Assembly (NCBI GenBank): GCA_050506795.1
Contig: JBJHCF010000001.1
Location: 160,001-224,000 of the forward strand
Length of the DNA stretch: 64,000 bases
Direction of reading: 5' to 3'
Origin: Opitutia bacterium
GTDB lineage: Bacteria; Verrucomicrobiota; Verrucomicrobiia; Opitutales; T3Sed10-336
Shown: piece by piece, positions 1-9,775 of the stretch
How positions within the stretch are numbered: position 1 is the stretch's first letter
Layout of the letters: every line of letters begins with the position of its first letter
Notes under the pieces: model-generated
Database searches by the model: none
The model's input: only the letters and a program-made list of their open reading frames with translations
Told to the model about the DNA's origin: nothing
Translations under genes and position numbers: made by a program

Positions 1-124
1 GTTAAATTGACGAATATGAATGATTTGGGGATGTGGATTCGCGGGTAAATAATGATTGCCATGGTCATCCGATTTCCCTTTTCGTAATGCCGAGTTAAGG
101 TTACAAACTTAGAAAGCACACTTT

Positions 125-1387
125 ATGTCAGAATTAACAGGAAACTGCCTGGTGGCCCAATCCGGCGGCCCCACCTGCGTCGTCAACTCCAGTTTGGCCG
201 GCGTGATCAATGAAGCCCTCAACTATGAGTGCATTGAAGAAATTTACGGGGGTCTGAATGGAATGCTGGGGATTTTGAACGAGGATCTGGTCGATCTCGC
301 CGAGGAATCGCAGCAGACGATCCGCGGATTGCGCCACACGCCTGGCGCGGCTCTGGGCACCGGTCGATTCCGACTCCGAAAGCAGCAGGATTATGAGCGG
401 GTAATCGAGGTGTTCGCCGCCCATAATATCCGCTTTTTCTTTCATATCGGCGGAACGGAAGCGCAGGATACGGCCGATAAAATCGCACAAACCGCCGCCG
501 AAGGCGGCTACGATCTGCGGGTGATCGGGGTTCCCAAGACCATCGACAACGATCTGGTCCGTACCGATCATTGCCCGGGCTACGGCAGCGCAATCAAGCA
601 CATTGCGACCACGGTCCGGGAAATCGCCTGCGACAATCACGCGATGGGGCAGGGGGACTTTGTTTCCATCGTCGAGGTCATGGGCCGCAGTTCCGGCTGG
701 CTGGCCGCCGGGGCCGCTCTGGCCAAGGGCAAGGACCGTCCACATGATCCGCCGCATCTGATTTATCTGCCCGAGGTGGCGTTTTCCCCGGAAAAATTCT
801 TCGAAGACGTTCAGCGAGTCCTGAAGCGCGAAAAGTTTTGCCTCATCGTGGTGGGCGAAGGGCTGGTGGACAAGGACGGGAACTACATCTCGGTCAGTTC
901 CGGACCGGCGGACGGCTATGGCAACACCACGCCGGGCGGCGCGGGCGATTACCTGAAGAATCTCCTGGACGAATCCCTGGGACTCAAGGCTCGGACCACT
1001 CGCCTGGGATACGCCCAGCGATCGGCCGCGACGCACGCGTCCAAAGCCGACAACGACGAGGCCTACCTCGCCGGGCAAGCCGCGGTACGGGCGGCAATCG
1101 ACGGCCAGTCGGGTAAAATGATCACCCTGTTGCGCGGTGATTCCGAGCAGTATGTCTGCGAGACCGGCCTGGCGCCGCTGTCGGAATTGGCCACCGGGAT
1201 CAAGGCTCTTCCTTTGGAGTGGGTGCATGAGGACGGAGTGAGCATGAACCACCAGTTCCACAAGTACGCGCAGCCGCTGATTCAAGGTGAAATCGCAGTT
1301 CCCTACGCCAATGGGCTGCCGGTTTTCGCCGAACTGAAGCGCCGGCGGGTGGAAAAGCGCCTGGAAGCTTACGAGGTGGCCGTGTAA
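125..1387 (+). CDS. pfkA: 6-phosphofructokinase family protein (PPi/ATP-PFK, group with QSGG N-terminus)
   Basis: Motifs AQSGGPT, PKTIDND, EVMGR, VVGEG and GYAQR; the phosphate-donor motif is atypical (GGTEA). Confidence 0.9.
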   Translation: MSELTGNCLVAQSGGPTCVVNSSLAGVINEALNYECIEEIYGGLNGMLGILNEDLVDLAEESQQTIRGLRHTPGAALGTGRFRLRKQQDYERVIEVFAAHNIRFFFHIGGTEAQDTADKIAQTAAEGGYDLRVIGVPKTIDNDLVRTDHCPGYGSAIKHIATTVREIACDNHAMGQGDFVSIVEVMGRSSGWLAAGAALAKGKDRPHDPPHLIYLPEVAFSPEKFFEDVQRVLKREKFCLIVVGEGLVDKDGNYISVSSGPADGYGNTTPGGAGDYLKNLLDESLGLKARTTRLGYAQRSAATHASKADNDEAYLAGQAAVRAAIDGQSGKMITLLRGDSEQYVCETGLAPLSELATGIKALPLEWVHEDGVSMNHQFHKYAQPLIQGEIAVPYANGLPVFAELKRRRVEKRLEAYEVAV

Positions 1388-1427
1388 CGCGGATCCCTTT
1401 CTAATCCAATCGTTACCCCATGATTGT

Positions 1428-1461
1428 AAAAGCTCCGCCGGACGATTCCGGCGGAGCTTTT
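1428..1461 (+). terminator. Rho-independent (likely bidirectional) terminator
   Basis: Perfect stem AAAAGCTCCGCCGGA-cgat-TCCGGCGGAGCTTTT just after the pfk stop. Confidence 0.9.
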
Positions 1462-1536
1462 GTGTGTCCGATTTTTATTGTCGTCGGGGAGCCTCAATAT
1501 ATAAATATAATCTGTTGAGTTCAGCCTGTACTGTTT

Positions 1537-3285
1537 ATGCTAGATTCTGATTTTCTTGCCCCGAGCTTGGCCAAGGCGCCAACCGGAATTCACGGTTTTG
1601 ACGAAATGACAGAAGGGGGACTTCCCCGGGGGCGGACGACGTTGATTTTCGGAGGTCCGGGATCCGGCAAGACTGTTTTTGCCTTGCAGAGCCTGGTGAA
1701 CGGCGCCCGGTTACACGACGAACCGGGCATTTTTGTCGCGTTCGAGGAGAAGTCCGCACGAATTTTGGAAAATGCGGCCAGTTTTGGCTGGAAGATGCCG
1801 TTTTTACTGGACAAGGGCATCTCCTTCGTCGACGCCCAGATGTCGCCGGATGAGTTGCGGGCTGGGGCCTTCGATCTATCCGGACTTCTCATGGCGCTGG
1901 ACGCCCTGGTGGAACGCTCTGGCGCTCAGCGGGTGGTATTCGACGCCTTGGACGTGGTGATCTCGCAACTCGACGATCCGTCCGCCGAAAGGCGCGAGAT
2001 TCATCGCCTGCACACGTGGCTTTTGGAACGCGGATTGACCGCCATTATTACGGCCAAAAGCACTCTGAACGCCGAGCTTCAGGACCGCCTCGAGTTCATG
2101 CAGTACATGCTGGATAGCACCGTTGTGCTTAGCCATAACGTGGTGGCAGGAGTGTCGCAACGCAACGTGAGGGTGGCGAAATACCGCGGCACCGCGTTTT
2201 CGGAAAACGAATCGCCGATGGTCATAGGACGGCGCGGAATGGAAGTGGCCGGGGTGGCGTCCAGAGCCGGTTCGGAACAGGTCACGCGGGAGCGCGTGTC
2301 CAGCGGGCTGCAGGGGCTTGATGACATGCTCGGCGGTGGCTACTACCGCAAGGCGGGGATCCTGATCTCCGGTTCCCCGGGAACGGCCAAGACCACGCTG
2401 GCCGGGGCCTTCGCGCAGGCTGCCTGTCAGCGGGGTGAGCGAGTGCTTTTTGTCAGTTTCGATTCGGACGCGGGCGAAGTGATTCGCAATCTCGCCTCGG
2501 TGTCGATTGATCTGACTTCTCACCTTCAGGCCGGAGCACTCGTTTTCCACACCTCGCGCACCACGGCCCGAAGCGCCGAGGCCCATCTGTTGCACATCAA
2601 ATCCATCGCGGAGGAACTGGAGCCTCATTGCCTGGTGGTCGATCCGATTTCATCGCTGGGAAAACCGGGAAACGAGGAAACCGGACACGGAGTTGTTGAG
2701 CGCCTTATCGACTGGGCGAAAGAACGTTCGATCACCGTGCTCTGCACGAGCTTACTGGCCGGCACGGATCCGGAGATCGAGGGAACGATACTCGGAGTTT
2801 CCACAATCGCCGACACCTGGATTCATCTGAGTTACTCGATTTCGGCGGGCGAACGAAACCGTGGATTGACGATTGTCAAATCCCGCGGCACCGGCCATTC
2901 CAACCAGGTGCGGGAACTCATTCTCAGAGACGACGGCCTTTCACTGGCCGAGGTTTACACCGCCGGTGGAAAAGTGCTTATGGGAACCATGCGATGGGAG
3001 TGCGAACGGGCGGACCAAGAAGAGGAACGGACGCGCCGCGCCGAATTGCGTCGCCGCGTGCGCGAAATCGAATCGGCCCGCGACGAACTGTCGCTGCAAT
3101 CGCGCAAACTGCAGGACCAGATCGAATGGTATCAATCCGAGTTCGAACGGCTCTCAGAAGATGAAAACAGCCGGCTGGCCGCCCTGGCCCGCACCAGGGA
3201 AACGGTTCACCGAATGCGCGGGGGCGGCGGAGCTTTCCACCCGACTGGAGGTCAAGAAGGACGGAAGGTGGGTGAGGATGAATAA
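1537..3285 (+). CDS. kaiC: Circadian clock protein KaiC homolog (double RecA-like ATPase)
   Basis: KAPTGIHGFDE..GGLP, Walker A GGPGSGKT, FEE, KYRG; second domain GSPGTAKT, STIADTWI, KSRG; C-terminal coiled coil. Confidence 0.93.
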   Translation: MLDSDFLAPSLAKAPTGIHGFDEMTEGGLPRGRTTLIFGGPGSGKTVFALQSLVNGARLHDEPGIFVAFEEKSARILENAASFGWKMPFLLDKGISFVDAQMSPDELRAGAFDLSGLLMALDALVERSGAQRVVFDALDVVISQLDDPSAERREIHRLHTWLLERGLTAIITAKSTLNAELQDRLEFMQYMLDSTVVLSHNVVAGVSQRNVRVAKYRGTAFSENESPMVIGRRGMEVAGVASRAGSEQVTRERVSSGLQGLDDMLGGGYYRKAGILISGSPGTAKTTLAGAFAQAACQRGERVLFVSFDSDAGEVIRNLASVSIDLTSHLQAGALVFHTSRTTARSAEAHLLHIKSIAEELEPHCLVVDPISSLGKPGNEETGHGVVERLIDWAKERSITVLCTSLLAGTDPEIEGTILGVSTIADTWIHLSYSISAGERNRGLTIVKSRGTGHSNQVRELILRDDGLSLAEVYTAGGKVLMGTMRWECERADQEEERTRRAELRRRVREIESARDELSLQSRKLQDQIEWYQSEFERLSEDENSRLAALARTRETVHRMRGGGGAFHPTGGQEGRKVGEDE

Positions 3286-3574
3286 CGGAAACGAACAGAT
3301 TTTCCGCTTGTACATCGCCGGTTCCGGAGCCAATTCCGTCCTGGCGGCGGCCAATTTGCGTTCCCTCTGTCGCACGCATCTGCCGGACCGGCACCGGATC
3401 GAGATCGTGGACGTTCTGAAGACGCCGGCGGCGGCGCTGGACAACAAGATTTTTCTCACCCCGACCCTGGTCAGGCTGTCACCAGGTCCCGAATTGCGAA
3501 TCGTGGGCAACCTCTCGGAAACGGAGATGGTCGCCGGCCATCTTGGGTTGGTCGAGCCGGAAAGACGGAAATGA
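3278..3574 (+). CDS. kaiB: Circadian clock protein KaiB homolog
   Basis: FRLYIAG..NS..A..NL, IEIVDVL, TPTLVR..P.P..RIVGNLS; ATG at 3278 overlaps the end of kaiC. Confidence 0.92.
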   Translation: MNNGNEQIFRLYIAGSGANSVLAAANLRSLCRTHLPDRHRIEIVDVLKTPAAALDNKIFLTPTLVRLSPGPELRIVGNLSETEMVAGHLGLVEPERRK

Positions 3575-6411
3575 GCCGGTTCTCTCGACCGCTGGATAAA
3601 CATGCCAGGCAAAGGATAGCCGACCTGGCACGCATTCTTTGCGAGGCGGAACAGGAACTGCGCGACCTGACAGGTGACGAAATCGATGCCGTGATTCGGC
3701 CCGATGGCGCGTCGTTGCTCCTTCATGATGCTCAACGGCGTCTGCGCGAAAGTGAAGCGCGTTACAAAGCGATTATCGATGCCCTGCCGGCTGAAATCGC
3801 CTATGTGAACGGGCGGGGTGAAATCTCCTCGGTGAACGAGTCCTGGCAGCGCCTGGCGGAGCGGTGGGCCCCCGAACTGAGTGATCACGGGGTCGGGATG
3901 CCGTTCGGAGAGGTCTATTCGGTCCTGTATCCCGGAGACCATACCAGTCACTTTTTTGGAAGAGTTAATGCCGTGCTTAAGGGGAGCATTCGTGCTTACA
4001 ACGAAGAGTACCCTTGCGAGCGTCAAGGAAACCAGCGCTGGTACCGGGGCACGGCGATACCGGTTTCCGACGACGAAGCCGGCTGTGTGGTGATGCACGT
4101 TGATATCACCGAACGCAAACAACGGGAAACCGAACGGCAGCTTCTGGTGCATGAACTGGGCGAACGTATCAAGGAGCTGGGCACCCTGCACCGGGTGACC
4201 GACCTGTTTCGGAGAGAGGACCTCAACTGCTCCAAACTGTTGGAATCGGCAGTCGCCATCATACCGGAAGGGTTCACCCATCCGGAATTGACCGGCGCGG
4301 CGATAACCTATGACGGTCGAACATACCGGAGCGCCGGGTTTCCGGCAACCGGAAGTGAGCTCAATGCGGCGATGACCATCAACGGCGTCGACCGCGGGGA
4401 AATACGCGTGCGTTATCGCCCCGAAGGAAGCACACCGAATGAAGATCCGTTTCTCAAGGAGGAGCATGAACTCATCGGTTCCCTGGCGGACCTTTTGCAG
4501 GCCCACCTGAAACGAATTGAAGCCGAGGCTTCACTGGAGGAAAGCGAAAGGCGTTTTCGCCTGCTGGCCGAGTCCATGCCGCTGATCGTTTGGACCGCCA
4601 CCCCGGAAGGACGGGTCGATTACGCCAGTCCGGCCCTGTACGATTACACCGGGGTGTCTCCGGGGGCCGATCCGGGAGAACGCTGGCTTGACATGTTGCA
4701 TCCCGATGATCGCGAACGATGCATCGATGTTTGGAACGAGGCGGTCACGACAAAGGGTCATTACGAGATTGAGTACCGGATTTGGCATGCGGCGGAGGCA
4801 ATCCATCGCTGGCAGAAGGTGCGGGCGGTGCCGGCGCGAGACGTGAAGGGCCGGGTGACCAAGTGGTTCGGCACCGCAACGGACATCCACGATTCCAAAC
4901 TGATGGAGCAGGACTCACGTTCTCTTGCCGCCCGATTGACCGCTACCTTGGAGAGCATCAACGATGGGTTCTTCTCCCTGGATCGAGAGTTTCGGTTTAC
5001 CTATCTGAATTCAACCGCCTGCGACATGCTCGACGCGTCGCCCGATTATCTGGTCGGGCGCGCTTTGGATGAGGGTTTGTCGACGGAATTGGGGAAGTTG
5101 CTTCGACCGGTGTTGGAGGACGCCGTCAGTTCGGAAAAGCCGGCGGGATTCGAAGGGCGAATTCGCGCGTCTCAACGATGGCTGGCCGGGCGTGTTTACC
5201 CTTTTGGGGAAGGGGTAACTGTTTACATGCGGGACATCGGGGAACAACGTCAACTGGAGGAGCAGGTCCTTCGAAATCAACGGATGGAGAGCATCGGAAC
5301 TCTGGCCGGCGGAATCGCACACGACCTGAACAATCTGCTTACGCCGGTACTCATGGGACTGGAATTCCTGCGCGAATCCTCATCCGACACTTCGGTGGTT
5401 CCGGTTGTGCGACAGATTGAGGAGAGCGCCCGAAGAGGAGCCGGGCTGGTGCGTCAGGTGCTGACCTTTTCCCGCGGCACCTCCGGCGAACGCAAGGTAC
5501 TTTCCGTAATCGACCTGATTCGCGATGTCGAAGCCCTGGTGAAGACTACTTTCCCGAAGGCGATTACTTGTCATGTTCGCGTACCGGATGACCTGTACCT
5601 CATCGGTGATCCCACGCAAATCAACCAGGTGCTGGTCAATCTGGCGGTCAATGCCAGGGACGCGATGCCTGCCGGCGGATCCCTGGCGTTCATGGCGCGT
5701 CGTCATACTGTCGACGCACAGGAGGTGCGGCATTTTGCCGGCGCGGAGGAAGGGGTTTATGTTTTGATTGAAGTGGTGGATACCGGAACAGGCATGCCTT
5801 CGGAGGTTGTCGATCGCATCTTCGAACCTTTTTTCACCACCAAACCCCAAGGGGAGGGAACCGGCCTTGGCTTGTCCACCTCGATGGGAATCGTTCGCAG
5901 TCACGGGGGATTTGTCAGGGTTTACAGTGAGCCGGGCGGTGGTACGGTTTTCAAAGTCTTTTTGCCGGCGGCGGGAAATGTGATATCGTCGGCGAATCCC
6001 GAGCAGGGAAACGAACTTCCGCGCGGAGCCGGGGAGACCGTGCTTCTGGTTGACGATGACCGAAATGTCCGTGAAATGACGTTGCGGACACTCGAGAGTT
6101 TCGGCTACCGCGTGTTGACTGCCGAAGAGGGCGGACAGGCTTTGGATCTCGTCCGCGACCATCACAGCACGATCGATCTTCTTCTGACCGATATCATGAT
6201 GCCCGGCATGGATGGTCCGGCGTTGATTCGAACACTGCGCGAAGCAAACCCGGATTTACCCATTATCGCGGCGAGCGGACTTCCTTCCAACGAAACCCTA
6301 ACCGAGAACCTTCCGGGAGGACCGCTCCATTTTTTACCCAAGCCTTATTCCACCGAGGTTCTGCTTAAACTGATGCGTGTCGCCCTGCGTAAACGACGCA
6401 AGGAATCCTGA
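3571..6411 (+). CDS. Multi-PAS hybrid sensor histidine kinase/response regulator
   Basis: Three PAS/PAC-like repeats, H-box AHDLNNLL, N-box NARDAM, DTGTGM, FFTTK, GTGLGL; receiver LLVDD..DIMMP..KP. Start overlaps the kaiB stop (ATGA). Confidence 0.93.
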   Translation: MSRFSRPLDKHARQRIADLARILCEAEQELRDLTGDEIDAVIRPDGASLLLHDAQRRLRESEARYKAIIDALPAEIAYVNGRGEISSVNESWQRLAERWAPELSDHGVGMPFGEVYSVLYPGDHTSHFFGRVNAVLKGSIRAYNEEYPCERQGNQRWYRGTAIPVSDDEAGCVVMHVDITERKQRETERQLLVHELGERIKELGTLHRVTDLFRREDLNCSKLLESAVAIIPEGFTHPELTGAAITYDGRTYRSAGFPATGSELNAAMTINGVDRGEIRVRYRPEGSTPNEDPFLKEEHELIGSLADLLQAHLKRIEAEASLEESERRFRLLAESMPLIVWTATPEGRVDYASPALYDYTGVSPGADPGERWLDMLHPDDRERCIDVWNEAVTTKGHYEIEYRIWHAAEAIHRWQKVRAVPARDVKGRVTKWFGTATDIHDSKLMEQDSRSLAARLTATLESINDGFFSLDREFRFTYLNSTACDMLDASPDYLVGRALDEGLSTELGKLLRPVLEDAVSSEKPAGFEGRIRASQRWLAGRVYPFGEGVTVYMRDIGEQRQLEEQVLRNQRMESIGTLAGGIAHDLNNLLTPVLMGLEFLRESSSDTSVVPVVRQIEESARRGAGLVRQVLTFSRGTSGERKVLSVIDLIRDVEALVKTTFPKAITCHVRVPDDLYLIGDPTQINQVLVNLAVNARDAMPAGGSLAFMARRHTVDAQEVRHFAGAEEGVYVLIEVVDTGTGMPSEVVDRIFEPFFTTKPQGEGTGLGLSTSMGIVRSHGGFVRVYSEPGGGTVFKVFLPAAGNVISSANPEQGNELPRGAGETVLLVDDDRNVREMTLRTLESFGYRVLTAEEGGQALDLVRDHHSTIDLLLTDIMMPGMDGPALIRTLREANPDLPIIAASGLPSNETLTENLPGGPLHFLPKPYSTEVLLKLMRVALRKRRKES

Positions 6412-6499
6412 TCCGGATCCTGTGGACGTTACCGTTCATCTGAAATGACTTTCGCAACTCCCCAATTGAATTCGACCGCGAATTGTGGAGGGTAGAGCT

Positions 6500-9493
6500 A
6501 TGATGAAAAAACCTGCGTTTCCGTGGTGTGTTTTTGCCTCCTTTCTCCTGTACTTAACATTGACCGGCCCCATCACAGCTGCCTCGGCCCCAGGTGATGC
6601 GGAATCGTGGGAGGTGGCGATCACAGTGGAGGAAAGATCCGGTTCGGAGGCGCGCGACCGGATTGTCCGGCGCGGCGTACCCATGGCCCCCGGGGTTTTG
6701 CGGTCGACCGGCAACCTTCAAATGCGCGATGAAAACGGTCGAACGATTCCGTTCCAAACCGATGTTTTGCTTCGGCACGCCGGAGGCGACATCGCCTGGC
6801 TCTCGGTTGCCTTCCGCCCGGAACTGGCTCCGGGCGCCCGGGAGGTCTTCACCTTGGAACCTGGCGGCGAGGGGCCCGATGCTGCCGCCGCGGAACATCG
6901 GGTCCGAATCACTAACGATTCCGAGGTTCGGAGGATGGAAAATGAGAGGCTCAGGGTTGAATTCGGACCCGAAGGGTTGGCACAGATCGTCTTTGACGAT
7001 GTGCCACTTCTGAACGCAAAAGGAGTGGGGCTGGTGGTTGCGGTCGGGGAGGATTCGTACCATTCCTGGCGCCTGACCGGTTTTGAGATTGTCGAGGAGG
7101 GTCCGGTTTTCGCCACCGTCCGCATGTCCGGACCGTTCGACGGCATCGCGGCGGAAGCGGTGTGGGAGTTGACGTTGTCCTCGGGGTCGAACCGGATCGA
7201 ACAGGCGTTTCGCCTGACCTCGAAGGACGATGTCGAATTGAACACCACGGGCATGGTGGTGGGTTTGCGACCGGAGTTTGCCGCCGAAGAGTCGGCATTG
7301 CCGGGTTTAATCCGGTCGCAGACCGGTCTCGATTTCCACGCTTCGGAGCTCGGGAGAAGAATTCACTTTGACGCCCCCGATATCGACCGCTTTCGCGGAG
7401 CGGTCCAAAACCCGGACCATCCGGAGGCTCCCGCCAACGGATTCCTGGTCGAACACGACGCTGATGACCACCGGGTCCTATTCGCTCCTATCCAGTACCG
7501 GGCGCCTTGGATCTGGTTGGATGGGGTCAGCCGAACCACCCGGCTGGATATGATTCTCGGCGCCAACGGTCCGCTTGAATCCAGCGGTCCGCCGGCGGTC
7601 TTCGTCGACCCGGAGCAGTTCGTGAAAGCCGGAGTGCTTCCGACGCGTGAACGCCCGCCCAGCGCCCAACGCGCGGTGGATTGGACCATGGGCGCGTTGA
7701 ACGAACGAGACGGTCATTTCGAAGCGGGCGCTATTCCGCAGTCGATTGTCTTCAACGACGACGGCTCGGTGTGGGTCGGCGGCTCCGCCAGCCGCCCGGG
7801 AGAAACCGTTTACAATCTGTGGTACGTCCAGATGCAGGACGGGTGCCCGGATCTTTTTCGTATGCTGGTTGAGGATACGGAGTCCTGGGCCGATGTGGTG
7901 GTGTACCGGGGAAGCAACGAATTCTTCAATGGCACCGACCGTTACGGAACTCTGGAACAGTACGGGACGTTTCGCTCGCTGACCAGTCATCCGTATTATG
8001 GTGACACGAGTGGGCTGTACCTCTCGTACCTGATGACCGGGGAGCGGTATTTTCGGGATACATTTGAGTTAATGACCCGGTATGCGGTTCGAACGTCCAA
8101 CGAGTATCCAACTTACGGAGACTACCGCGTTCCGCGGCGCTTCACCTGGGACGGCGAATTCGATCCCCGGCCATTTATCGAATCGCGCAACATGATGCAG
8201 GCGCGCGGTCTGGCTTACGCCGAACGGATGTTCGGTGACGACTCCTTCGGCGAGATCGCCGGACAACTGGCTCACTGGGCCCGGCATGTGCAGCATGAAA
8301 AAGGGTTTTGGTACCAGGCTTATTACGATCACGGAGGTCCGCTGACCCAGCGCGCGCTCGATCTTCCGTCGGCCAAAAACTACATCATGCTTTACGGTGT
8401 GCGAGCGGTGGTGTCTTTTTGGGATCACCTGGAGGACAAACGCGCAACCTCCGACGATGGCGAATTGGGTGAAGTGGACCGCGAATCACTGGAAGCGACG
8501 GAAACCGCGCTCATTCGTTTCGCAGACTACCTGCTTGAGGAACAGCAGGAGCATGGGTGGCTGTGGGACCCGATTTCCGATGGCGGTGATTTTGCCGCCA
8601 AAACAAACGAGGATATGCGACGGGGGCAAATGCCTCGTCAGGAAATCATGGCCATCGAAGTTCTTGAGGGGGTGTACCGAATGACGGGCGAAGAACGTTA
8701 CCTGTCGGCGATGCTGGAAATGTTGCGGTACTACCTGGCCATTCAGCAGGAGCAGGGTGGCTGGTCCTCGAGAAACCAGCACCGCGAGCACGAGGACGGC
8801 ACCGTCCAGGGGCCTTTTCTTGGCAATAACACGGCGCAGTTCCTGCGTATCGTTCCACGCTTGCAGCTGCTGATTGAAGCCGAAAGAGAAACCGTGAACG
8901 CTTTGGGTTTCCGTGATGTGGCTGCGGTTCTGTCGGCTGAGGCGAGGGATATTCGTTCGGAGATCGATCATGTTTTCGATAGCCGGGAGGTGGGTTTCAA
9001 TGCTTTCGCGACTCCCGAAGGACGGGTGATTTATCTGGCGAACTACAGCGGATGGATGTCGGGCGACTGGGTGAAAGCAGTCGATTTGCGCGCGGCCGGG
9101 GAGCCGGTGCTTTTTGAGGGAGCCGACAACCGTATCACGCCCAACGGGGTTTGGTTGTCGGGCGAGCTCGATCAGTTCGAACGCTTGTACGCGCGGGAAC
9201 TCCCGGTCACTTTGCGCCCGGAGAACCGGCCCATCGAAGCACGTGTCCTGGAATGCCGGACGAATCTTCTGGAGGTCGATCTCCGGGGCGAGGGCAGTCT
9301 CGATGTGACGATCGGCGACGGGCCTTTTTCGATTGAGGATGGAAAGGCGTACGGCGTCCTTTTTGCCGGACAAGCGATCGGATCGTTGCGGCCCGACGAC
9401 GGAAAAATATCTTTTCGGCTGTCGCTGCCAAGCGAAACCAGGCTGGAACGCCTGACCGTTCGCCCGTTGGCGGCTCCGTCGGGTCCACGTTAG
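6500..9493 (+). CDS. Large secreted protein, possibly YetA/exo-rhamnogalacturonan-lyase-like (N-terminal beta domains plus helical barrel)
   Basis: Signal peptide; N-terminal GVP..PG.L...DENG..IPFQT.VL.RH..G.I.WL resembles YetA/PcRGLX N-termini; helical repeats with QQEQGGW and QHEKGFW. Confidence 0.5.
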   Translation: MMKKPAFPWCVFASFLLYLTLTGPITAASAPGDAESWEVAITVEERSGSEARDRIVRRGVPMAPGVLRSTGNLQMRDENGRTIPFQTDVLLRHAGGDIAWLSVAFRPELAPGAREVFTLEPGGEGPDAAAAEHRVRITNDSEVRRMENERLRVEFGPEGLAQIVFDDVPLLNAKGVGLVVAVGEDSYHSWRLTGFEIVEEGPVFATVRMSGPFDGIAAEAVWELTLSSGSNRIEQAFRLTSKDDVELNTTGMVVGLRPEFAAEESALPGLIRSQTGLDFHASELGRRIHFDAPDIDRFRGAVQNPDHPEAPANGFLVEHDADDHRVLFAPIQYRAPWIWLDGVSRTTRLDMILGANGPLESSGPPAVFVDPEQFVKAGVLPTRERPPSAQRAVDWTMGALNERDGHFEAGAIPQSIVFNDDGSVWVGGSASRPGETVYNLWYVQMQDGCPDLFRMLVEDTESWADVVVYRGSNEFFNGTDRYGTLEQYGTFRSLTSHPYYGDTSGLYLSYLMTGERYFRDTFELMTRYAVRTSNEYPTYGDYRVPRRFTWDGEFDPRPFIESRNMMQARGLAYAERMFGDDSFGEIAGQLAHWARHVQHEKGFWYQAYYDHGGPLTQRALDLPSAKNYIMLYGVRAVVSFWDHLEDKRATSDDGELGEVDRESLEATETALIRFADYLLEEQQEHGWLWDPISDGGDFAAKTNEDMRRGQMPRQEIMAIEVLEGVYRMTGEERYLSAMLEMLRYYLAIQQEQGGWSSRNQHREHEDGTVQGPFLGNNTAQFLRIVPRLQLLIEAERETVNALGFRDVAAVLSAEARDIRSEIDHVFDSREVGFNAFATPEGRVIYLANYSGWMSGDWVKAVDLRAAGEPVLFEGADNRITPNGVWLSGELDQFERLYARELPVTLRPENRPIEARVLECRTNLLEVDLRGEGSLDVTIGDGPFSIEDGKAYGVLFAGQAIGSLRPDDGKISFRLSLPSETRLERLTVRPLAAPSGPR

Positions 9494-9775
9494 AACTGGT
9501 GGATGCTGACCCGAATTGCTGGGAATGAATGTGTCCTGCCCGGATTGGCACCATTGAGCGGCAGGTTTCGGCGGCTGCGCGGACGTTGTTCCAAGCCCGC
9601 CGGGACCGACGTTGCTTTCTTGATTTCGCCGCGATCGTCGGATTATTGTCTCAGGGGTACGCTTGATGAGAAACCGCGGCAGTCGACGTCCAGAGGTTGG
9701 AGCCACTGTGGTTGAGGAGCTCATTAGTCACTGAGGCAACGAAGCAAAAAAACGGTAACAAGAAAGGCAAGGCAG

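Noticed and set aside
84..100. TAATGCCGAGTTAAG as a further copy of the MITE-like end
   Set aside because: Too divergent and no inverted partner seen.
2873..3277. N-terminal extension of the kaiB ORF
   Set aside because: Lies inside kaiC in another frame; KaiB similarity begins at ATG 3278.
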